Part shown: positions 16,502 to 23,068 of the stretch, in pieces
Layout: every line of letters starts with the position of its first letter
Numbering within the stretch: position 1 is the first letter of the stretch
Assembly (NCBI GenBank): GCA_031269535.1
Contig: JAISZA010000039.1
Span: 12,072 to 36,071 of the forward strand
Length of the DNA: 24,000 bases
Direction: 5' to 3'
Source: Tannerellaceae bacterium
GTDB lineage: Bacteria; Bacteroidota; Bacteroidia; Bacteroidales; Tannerellaceae
Translations under genes and position numbers: made by a program
The notes under the pieces: model-generated
Seen by the model: the letters and a program-made list of their open reading frames with translations, nothing else
What the model was told of the DNA's origin: nothing
Databases searched by the model: none

Positions 16502-17542
16502 ATGAAAAAGAATAGTATATTTTACCTGTCTCTCTGCCTGATTTTCACCGCTTGCGGAGGACAAAAAAAGCAAGATGCGACAACAAACAGCCTGATTATT
16601 CCGGGAACACAATGGCTCGATACCAACGGCAACCACATCAACGCCCACGGCGGTGGAATCCTGTATCACGAAGGGACATATTACTGGTATGGAGAATATA
16701 AAGGCGACTCAACCTATTGGAATCCAAAGGTGCCCTCCTGGGAATGTTATCGTACGGAAGCGGGCGGCGTCTCCTGTTATTCGTCCGGCGACCTGGTGAA
16801 CTGGACATTCGAAGGGCTTGTGCTGAAAGCCGAACAAAACGATACGACTTCCGAACTACATTATTCCCATGTGCTGGAACGTCCGAAAGTCATTTACAAC
16901 GCCTCGACCGGAACGTTCGTCATGTGGCTTCATGTGGACAGCCACGATTACGCCAAGGCTGCCGCCGGAGTGGCCGTCTGCGATTCTCCGACAGGCGATT
17001 TTCAATACCTGGGTTCCATGCGCCCCAACGGACAAATGAGCCGCGACATGACGCTTTTCAAAGATGACGACGGCAGAGCGTACCATATTTATTCATCCGA
17101 AAATAACCAGACGCTTTATATCAGTCTGCTGACGGATGATTACTTGCAGCCATCAGGGATATTCACACGCAATTTCGTTGACCAATCCCGCGAAGCCCCG
17201 GCCGTATTCAAACGCAAGAACAAATACTACCTGCTGTCGTCAGGCTGTACGGGTTGGGATCCGAATCAGGCCGAATATGCCATGGCCGACTCCATGCTGG
17301 GTGCATGGACGGTCATGGGAAATCCCTGCCGGGGTAAAGACGCCGGGGTAACGTTTTACGGACAAAGCACATTTGTCCTGCCGGTAGCTCATCAAAAAGA
17401 TGCCTACATCGCTCTGTTTGACAAATGGAATAAGACCGACCTGATCGATTCGAGGTATATCTGGCTACCTGTTGCATTCAAGGGCGATTCGATTGCTATC
17501 GGGTGGAAAGAAAAATGGGATTTAGCGAAAGTATTTCAGTGA
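16502..17542 (+). CDS. GH43-family lipoprotein (possibly the exo-beta-1,3-galactanase-like subfamily)
   Basis: Lipoprotein signal MKKNSIFYLSLCLIFTAC, starting 2 nt after the GH35 stop. Five-bladed-propeller-type motifs are present: HINAHGGGILYHEGTYYWYGEY, ERPKVIYN, DMTLFKDDDGRAYHIYSSE and REAPAVFKRKNKYYLLSSGCTGW. AHGG replaces the usual N-terminal catalytic-base Asp region. My recollection is that this is a trait of subfamily 24; the subfamily call is tentative. Confidence 0.8.
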   Translation: MKKNSIFYLSLCLIFTACGGQKKQDATTNSLIIPGTQWLDTNGNHINAHGGGILYHEGTYYWYGEYKGDSTYWNPKVPSWECYRTEAGGVSCYSSGDLVNWTFEGLVLKAEQNDTTSELHYSHVLERPKVIYNASTGTFVMWLHVDSHDYAKAAAGVAVCDSPTGDFQYLGSMRPNGQMSRDMTLFKDDDGRAYHIYSSENNQTLYISLLTDDYLQPSGIFTRNFVDQSREAPAVFKRKNKYYLLSSGCTGWDPNQAEYAMADSMLGAWTVMGNPCRGKDAGVTFYGQSTFVLPVAHQKDAYIALFDKWNKTDLIDSRYIWLPVAFKGDSIAIGWKEKWDLAKVFQ

Positions 17543-17560
17543 CGAGAATGTATTTCAAGG

Positions 17561-17888
17561 ACTTTCCTGCCGGAAAATGCGGCAGACTTTTCCCCCGGGA
17601 AATTAGCTGCCGGAAAATGTCGGCAGACTTTCCCCCCCGGGAAATTAGCTGCCGGAAAATGTCGGCAGACTTTCCCCCCGGGAAATTAGCTGCCGGAAAA
17701 TGTCGGCAGACTTTCCCCCCCGGGGAATTTAGCTGCCGGAAAGTGTCGGCAGACTTCCCCCCCGGGAAATTAGCTGCCGGAAAGTGTCGGCAAACTTCCC
17801 CCCCGGGAAATTAGCTGCCGGAAAGTGTCGGCAGACTTCCCCCCCGGGAAATTAGCTGCCGGAAAATGTCGGCAGACTTTTTCCGGGT
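17561..17888. repeat. Tandem array: seven full copies plus one partial copy of a 40-43-bp unit (CTGCCGGAAAATGTCGGCAGACTTTCCCCCCCGGGAAATTAG)
   Basis: Units start at 17567, 17607, 17649, 17690, 17733, 17774, 17815 and 17856. Each contains the inverted repeat CTGCCG/CGGCAG around an 8-nt loop, nested in GGGAAA/TTTCCC. C-tract lengths are 5, 7, 6, 7, 7, 7, 7 and 2. The period is not a multiple of 3. Confidence 0.95.
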
Positions 17889-17922
17889 ACAATTCAAATT
17901 GTCGCAGATTCAATGGATTTCT

Positions 17923-18000
17923 ATCGTCATTGCGAGGTACGAAGCAATCCAGGGTGTGCCCAGTCTGGATTGCTTCACCCTCCGAGTTCGCAATGACGAT
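17923..18000. repeat. REP-like nested imperfect palindrome (Bacteroidota intergenic hairpin element)
   Basis: The outer stem pairs ATCGTCATTGCGA (17923-17935) with TCGCAATGACGAT (17988-18000). The inner stem pairs GAAGCAATCCAG (17941-17952) with CTGGATTGCTTC (17965-17976) around a 12-nt loop. Its translations (SLRGTKQSR...WIAS..FAMT and LDCFVPRNDD) are pseudo-peptides I recognise from spurious small ORFs across Bacteroidota. Confidence 0.7.
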
Positions 18001-18021
18001 GCGCCCGTTTTCCATACTTCC

Positions 18022-18053
18022 TTTGTATGTTTTACGGAGATTATATACCTTTA
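18022..18053 (+). promoter_or_regulatory. Candidate promoter of the EEP gene (-33 TTTG / -7 TAnnTTTG-like)
   Basis: TTTG lies at 18022-18025 and TACCTTTA (7/8 match to TAnnTTTG) at 18046-18053, separated by 20 nt. The -7 element is 24 nt upstream of the ATG at 18077. Confidence 0.35.
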
Positions 18054-18076
18054 CAGACAAAAAACACAAACATCGT

Positions 18077-18871
18077 ATGAAACAGAAATTTTTATATCCG
18101 ATATTCCTTTTAGCGGCCTGTTTATTATCGCTTTCAGCACATGCAACACAGCCTGAAGAAGCAGATACGATACGAATCATGAGTTATAATGTGCATAATT
18201 TTGTCGGGATGGATCGGGTGAGAGATTACGGGCGGATAGCCGGCGTCGTCAACGAGGCTGGCCCGGATATTGTCGCCATACAGGAAGCCGATAGCGCGAC
18301 CCTGCGCAGCGAAGGCGCCTATACATTAAAAGAACTATCCGACAGAACAGGCCTGTATCCCACCTATGCACCTGCCATCGACTATCAGGGAGGAAAATAC
18401 GGAATAGGCATCCTCTCAAAAGAAAAACCGATAGGCATCCGGACAATACCCCTGCCCGGACGGGAAGAAAAACGGGTGTTACTTATCGCCGAATTTGAAG
18501 ACTATGTGTTCGCCTGTACGCATTTTTCATTGACGGCAGACGACCAACTGGCCTCTGTCGCACTCATTAGGGAAGCAATAAAAGAAGAAACCAAACCCTT
18601 ATTCCTTGCCGGCGACATGAACTCAATCCCCGGTTCACCTCCTCAGGTGGCTCTGCAGGAGATATTCGATATACTGAGCGACCCCGGGGTCTATACTTCA
18701 CCGTCGGTCAGTCCGGATTGCTGCATCGATTATATTTACGGCTATAAAAACAAGCATACCTATATCGTATTGCGACAAGAAGTCGTTGACGAACGGGTGG
18801 CTTCCGACCATCTGCCTCTCTTTGTGGATGTCTGCCTTTCCGGCCGGGGCCCCGCGGGGATAGAAGAATAA
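18077..18871 (+). CDS. Endonuclease/exonuclease/phosphatase (EEP) family protein, secreted
   Basis: ATG at 18077 gives the signal peptide MKQKFLYPIFLLAACLLSLSAHA; the ORF-track start at 17825 runs through the repeats. EEP motifs are IRIMSYNVHNF, PDIVAIQEAD, LFLAGDMNS and the terminal ASDHLPLFVDV. Confidence 0.8.
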   Translation: MKQKFLYPIFLLAACLLSLSAHATQPEEADTIRIMSYNVHNFVGMDRVRDYGRIAGVVNEAGPDIVAIQEADSATLRSEGAYTLKELSDRTGLYPTYAPAIDYQGGKYGIGILSKEKPIGIRTIPLPGREEKRVLLIAEFEDYVFACTHFSLTADDQLASVALIREAIKEETKPLFLAGDMNSIPGSPPQVALQEIFDILSDPGVYTSPSVSPDCCIDYIYGYKNKHTYIVLRQEVVDERVASDHLPLFVDVCLSGRGPAGIEE

Positions 18872-18878
18872 CGGCGCA

Positions 18879-20048
18879 TCAGGGGAGAAGCATTACATTG
18901 GCCGGCGGACGCTGCGCCAGCAGTTCTTTTTTCATAAAATCCATATAAGGAGCTACGTGCCGGAAGAATTTATAATAGCCTTCGCATAGGTAATTCAGGC
19001 CGGGCTCTCCTGTCGCCGTCGAGAGGATTCTGTTTTTAGGACATTCGCCGTGACAGGCAAAGAGGTATTCACATTCGAGGCATTGGGAGGGGAGGGCGTC
19101 GTACTTAGCGGCTCCGAACCGGAGCTGTCTCTCCGAGTACATCATTTCCGGAAGGGTCTTTGTATGGATATTCCCTAATTTGTATTCCGGGAAGACGTAA
19201 TGGTCGCACGAATATACATCGCCGTTAAACTCCATAACCCCGGCATGTCCGCAGGTTCGCGCCAAGATACAGACGCCCGGCTGGACGTGCATCCAGTTGG
19301 CCAGCGTAGCGTCGAAGTATTGGATAAAATAAGTCCCTACGTCGTGCCTGACCCATTCGTTGAAGATTGTGATCAGGAAATCGCCCCAGCGCGAGGCCGG
19401 CACATTCCAGGGGGCCGGTGCTCCGTCTATGGTTTCTACAATGGGCGCGAACTGGATGAAATGCGCTTCGATCTGTTTAAAGAAATGGTAGAATTCAAGC
19501 GGGAAGTTTACGTTATGGTCGTTGACTACGCCCATCACATTGAACTCCACCCGGTGCTTCTTCAGCAGCGCGATGCCCTTCATCACCTGATGGAAGGAGG
19601 GTTTTCCGCCGTGCATCAGGCGATACCGGTCGTGCAAAGGCTGGTTGCCATCGACGGAAATACCTACCAGGAAGTTGTTATCACTGAAAAAGCGGCACCA
19701 TTCATCGTTCAGGAGCGTGCCGTTCGTCTGGATGCTATTATCTATTTTCCTTCCCTGAGCGTATTTCTTCTGTAACTGCAGGGCTTTCCGGTAGAAGTCG
19801 ATATTCCGTAGCAGAGGTTCACCCCCATGCCAGGTAAACAAGACTTCGGGCATGGTCTGTGCGTTCAGGTATTGTTCGATAAAGCGTTCCAGTAGTTCGT
19901 CGCTCATGGAGAAATGCTTCTCTTCGCGGTAGAGGTTCCGCTTTTCTAAGTAATAACAGTATTTACACCTCAGGTTGCAGGCTGCCCCGGCAGGTTTGAG
20001 CATCACATACAAGGGCCTGGCAAAAGGTGCGTAGGTTGTTTTATTCAT
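18879..20048 (-). CDS. Anaerobic sulfatase-maturating enzyme (radical SAM / SPASM; formylglycine-generating)
   Basis: The CNLRCKYC radical-SAM cluster motif (CxxxCxxC) lies at nt 19956-19979. The text PFARPLYVMLKPAGAACNLRCKYCYY is anSME-like. The C-terminal SPASM cysteines are CLECEYLFACHGECPKNR. The start overlaps the upstream sulfatase stop by 8 nt. Confidence 0.9.
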   Translation of the reverse strand: MNKTTYAPFARPLYVMLKPAGAACNLRCKYCYYLEKRNLYREEKHFSMSDELLERFIEQYLNAQTMPEVLFTWHGGEPLLRNIDFYRKALQLQKKYAQGRKIDNSIQTNGTLLNDEWCRFFSDNNFLVGISVDGNQPLHDRYRLMHGGKPSFHQVMKGIALLKKHRVEFNVMGVVNDHNVNFPLEFYHFFKQIEAHFIQFAPIVETIDGAPAPWNVPASRWGDFLITIFNEWVRHDVGTYFIQYFDATLANWMHVQPGVCILARTCGHAGVMEFNGDVYSCDHYVFPEYKLGNIHTKTLPEMMYSERQLRFGAAKYDALPSQCLECEYLFACHGECPKNRILSTATGEPGLNYLCEGYYKFFRHVAPYMDFMKKELLAQRPPANVMLLP

Positions 20049-21507
20049 ATCTTCCTGCCGGCCTCCGGTTGGGGCCGCTCCGGTTTACAAGTTTATCCCC
20101 CAAATCTGCTCTGGCCTCTTCCACGACCGTGAGTAAGCGTTCGACTACTTCGGGGTAAAGTTCTTTCACGTCGTAGCGTTCACCGGGGTCGCGCCTGAGG
20201 TCGTAGAGCGATAAGCCGGTTTCCTCCTCGGCTGTCTCGCCGGGGTATCCGTCATTCCCGGGTGTGCGGTAAACGCGGTGCCTGTGGGGTAAGACCAATT
20301 TGAAGCGGTTGTCGCGCACGGCTTCCAGGTCGTTTTCCTCGTAATAATACAGGAAATGTGTGCGGGGCGCCTTTTCTTTTCCCTCTCCCTCCTTCTCTCC
20401 CTTGAGCAGCGGCAGTATATTCACGCCATCGATCTTTTTCTCCGGCAGGTCTGCTCCCGTGATAGCAGCCAGCGTAGGCAGGATGTCGATGGTGGAGGCT
20501 AACTGATTGCATACCCTGCCTTCGGGGACGACGCCTTTCCATTTCATGATGCAGGGCACGCGCTGCCCTCCCTCGAAGGTCGTCGCTTTGGCTTCGCGGA
20601 GTCCTCCGCTGCTGCCGGCGTGATTCCCGAAGTTCGCCCAGGGGCCGTTGTCGGAAGTGAATATAACGAGCGTATTCTCTTCCAATCCCTGCTCTTTCAG
20701 GGCATTCATCACTTCTTGTACGCTCCAGTCTATTTCCATCATCACATCTCCATAGAGTCCTTGTTCGCTTTTCCCTTTGAACCTGCCGGATGCGGCCAGC
20801 GGGACATGAGGCATGGAGTGGGCTATATAGAGGAAGAAGGGTGTTTGCCGGTTCTGTTCGATAAACCGGATGGCTCTTTCCGTATATAAGGCTGTCAGTC
20901 CGGCCTGATCGTCTAAGGTCCAGAGTTCTCTTACCTTCTCGTTGCCGTCGATGAGCGGGAGAGGTGGATGTCGGAGTTTGTTGGGCAGGTTCGATTCGGG
21001 GGTTGCCCTGTTTCCTGCATAGTCCACGGGCCACATATCGTTGGAATAAGGCAAGCCTAAGTAATCGTCGAATCCGTTCTGGAGCGGGAGGAACGGATGG
21101 CGGTCGCCCAGATGCCATTTGCCCACGATTCCACAGCGGTATCCTTTCTTTTTCAGCACCTCGGCGATGGTTTCTTCCTCCGGATGGATGCCGGTAGCCG
21201 ACCGGGGCGAGAGCGCTCCTCTGAAACCGATACGGTTGGGATAGCATCCCGTCATCAGGCCGGCGCGTGAGGCGCTGCTGATCGGCTGGGCGGCATAAAA
21301 CTGCGAGAAGAACATCCCTTCCTTCGCCAGGCGGTCGATATGGGGCGTCCCGTATCCGGATGCGCCGGTAAGGCTCAGGTCGCCATAGCCCATATCGTCG
21401 ATAAAAAACAGTACAATATTGGGAGGCGTCTCCGCACGAAGCCCGAACGAGCCAAGCAAGGCGCCTCCTGTTATCAGATGAATGATTCTGTTTCCCATAC
21501 GATACAT
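20041..21507 (-). CDS. Sulfatase (S1 family, arylsulfatase A / GalNAc-6-sulfatase-like), Ser-type
   Basis: PNIVLFFIDDMGYGDLS...TPHIDRLAKEGMFFSQFYAAQPISSASRAGLMTG carries the signature with Ser at the formylglycine position and Ala in place of the usual Pro (S-S-A-S-R, nt 21265-21279). GKWHLG is also present. The start could be M1 (21507) or M4 (21498). There is a 1-nt TAATG overlap with the upstream gene. Confidence 0.9.
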   Translation of the reverse strand: MYRMGNRIIHLITGGALLGSFGLRAETPPNIVLFFIDDMGYGDLSLTGASGYGTPHIDRLAKEGMFFSQFYAAQPISSASRAGLMTGCYPNRIGFRGALSPRSATGIHPEEETIAEVLKKKGYRCGIVGKWHLGDRHPFLPLQNGFDDYLGLPYSNDMWPVDYAGNRATPESNLPNKLRHPPLPLIDGNEKVRELWTLDDQAGLTALYTERAIRFIEQNRQTPFFLYIAHSMPHVPLAASGRFKGKSEQGLYGDVMMEIDWSVQEVMNALKEQGLEENTLVIFTSDNGPWANFGNHAGSSGGLREAKATTFEGGQRVPCIMKWKGVVPEGRVCNQLASTIDILPTLAAITGADLPEKKIDGVNILPLLKGEKEGEGKEKAPRTHFLYYYEENDLEAVRDNRFKLVLPHRHRVYRTPGNDGYPGETAEEETGLSLYDLRRDPGERYDVKELYPEVVERLLTVVEEARADLGDKLVNRSGPNRRPAGRYE

Positions 21508-23048
21508 TAATAATATCCCCGGTTACGGTGGTCCATATGTGGGCGTTCGGTACGTTTGAGGGGAATACTCAGGCCCCCGGTTTCTTCGAGCCAGTCGTAG
21601 AGGTCGTGATTCAGTTGCTTGATCCGCTCCTGGTGTTCGGGGGCGGCGATCAGGTTTTTCGTCTCTGCCGGGTCGTCCTGCAGATCGTAGAACTCGTTCG
21701 TATCCCAGATGCCATGATAGCGGATGTATTTGTAGCGGTCGGTACGTACGCCGTGCATGGTGGGCGTTTGTGGGAACTCATGTTCCCAATAGTATTCGTA
21801 GAAAATACGGTCGCGCCATGCCACCTCTTCTCCTTTGAGCAGGGGGAGGAAGGAATAGCCCACCATCTGCGGGGCTTTCTCCACTCCGAGATAATCCAGG
21901 ATGGTCGGGGCAATATCCACATTCTGTACCAGGTTCTCTATCACCCGTCCTCCTTCAAACAGGCCGGGGCCATAGGCCAGCATCGGAACCCGTACGGATT
22001 CTTCGTAAAACTGCCGTTTGTCGATTAAGCCATGTTCTCCCCAGGCGAAACCATTATCGCCCATATAGATGACTAAGGTATTCTTATCCAGGCCGGCCTC
22101 TTTCAGGTAGTCGAGTACCGAACCAATACTCTCATCCACCGCACGAAGGGTCTCGCAATAGTTTCTTACCTGCACGTCCCAGGGGCGTCCATGATACGAA
22201 TAGTCCACGCCATGCCAGCTTTCGCGTTGGTTCTTCACCCAGTTGGGCAACATGTCTTCGCCGTAAAAGGCTGTTCCCGAAGCCGCCTTTCCTGTCTGCG
22301 GATCGATGGTCGGGAGTTCTTTCAGGCCATATTCAGGCGTGTGGAACGAAGGCGGGAGTACGATTTCCTTATCCTGATAACTGCCCTTATGACGCGGGGC
22401 GGCGGCGAAGTTATCGTGTACGCCCTTATGCGAGAGATAGACGAAGAAGGGTTTGTTGGCCGCCTCCTGCTTTCGGATAAAGCCGATGGCATGTTCCGTC
22501 AGCAAGTCGGTGACGTAGGTACTGTCCTTATATTCTATCCATTCGCCATTGGTATTGATCCGCGGGTTATAGTATTCCCCTTGTCCGCGGAAGCCTTCCC
22601 AGTGGTTGAATCCCGGTTGCGGGTTGCCTGAGTCGTTGCCCATATGCCATTTGCCGAAGAAGGCTGTCTGGTAGCCTGCCTTCTGCAGATATTCGGGGAA
22701 GAACGTCAGTCCCTGGGGAAGCGGAGCCGAATTATCCACTACCTGATGCGCATGCGAATACATCCCCGTCAGGATAGACGCCCGGCTGGGCGACGAGAGC
22801 GAAGTCGTAACGAAAGCATTACGGATATGCGCCCCTTCGCGGGCCATGCGGTCCATGTGAGGCGTTTCCAGCCAGGGGACTCTCCCCATGAAGCCCATAT
22901 AGTCGTACCGGTGGTCGTCCGAAAGGATGAAGACCACATTCAGAGGCTGGGCAGTAGCCGGCGTATCCTTCTCCGCCGGCGCATGGCAGGCTGTATAACA
23001 GCCTGCAACGCCAAAAGAAACAAATAAAGGATGAACAAATTGTTTCAT
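21507..23048 (-). CDS. Sulfatase (S1 family, N-acetylglucosamine-6-sulfatase-like), Ser-type
   Basis: The preferred start is MKQFVHPLFVSFGVAGC at 23048, which gives a signal peptide; the ORF-track start at 23078 would overlap susD. LNVVFILSDDHRYD and TTSLSSPSRASILTGMYSHAH resemble the GNS-type signature with Ser at the formylglycine position (S-S-P-S-R, nt 22782-22796). GKWHMG is also present. Confidence 0.88.
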   Translation of the reverse strand: MKQFVHPLFVSFGVAGCYTACHAPAEKDTPATAQPLNVVFILSDDHRYDYMGFMGRVPWLETPHMDRMAREGAHIRNAFVTTSLSSPSRASILTGMYSHAHQVVDNSAPLPQGLTFFPEYLQKAGYQTAFFGKWHMGNDSGNPQPGFNHWEGFRGQGEYYNPRINTNGEWIEYKDSTYVTDLLTEHAIGFIRKQEAANKPFFVYLSHKGVHDNFAAAPRHKGSYQDKEIVLPPSFHTPEYGLKELPTIDPQTGKAASGTAFYGEDMLPNWVKNQRESWHGVDYSYHGRPWDVQVRNYCETLRAVDESIGSVLDYLKEAGLDKNTLVIYMGDNGFAWGEHGLIDKRQFYEESVRVPMLAYGPGLFEGGRVIENLVQNVDIAPTILDYLGVEKAPQMVGYSFLPLLKGEEVAWRDRIFYEYYWEHEFPQTPTMHGVRTDRYKYIRYHGIWDTNEFYDLQDDPAETKNLIAAPEHQERIKQLNHDLYDWLEETGGLSIPLKRTERPHMDHRNRGYY

Positions 23049-23068
23049 ATAAATATAAGTTATCATGT

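Noticed and set aside
17561-17888. Possible CRISPR array
   Set aside because: The units are directly abutting with no unique spacers, and no cas genes are nearby. It is a tandem repeat rather than a repeat-spacer array.
17503-18076. ORFs 17503-17814 and the 5' part of 17825-18871, which translate the tandem array (FPPGKLAAGKCRQT... repeats)
   Set aside because: The repeat period is 40-43 bp, not a multiple of 3, and copy lengths vary. The peptide repeats therefore drift between frames. The real EEP start with a signal peptide is at 18077.
20252-21247. 331-aa same-strand alternative-frame ORF inside the sulfatase gene, plus similar internal ORFs (11941-12906, 10525-11187, 3660-4364, 15303-15977, 1871-2392, 21528-22028)
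   Set aside because: All overlap strongly supported genes in other frames or on the other strand. They are Arg/Pro/Gly-rich and have no recognisable domains. These are typical shadow ORFs of GC-rich coding DNA.
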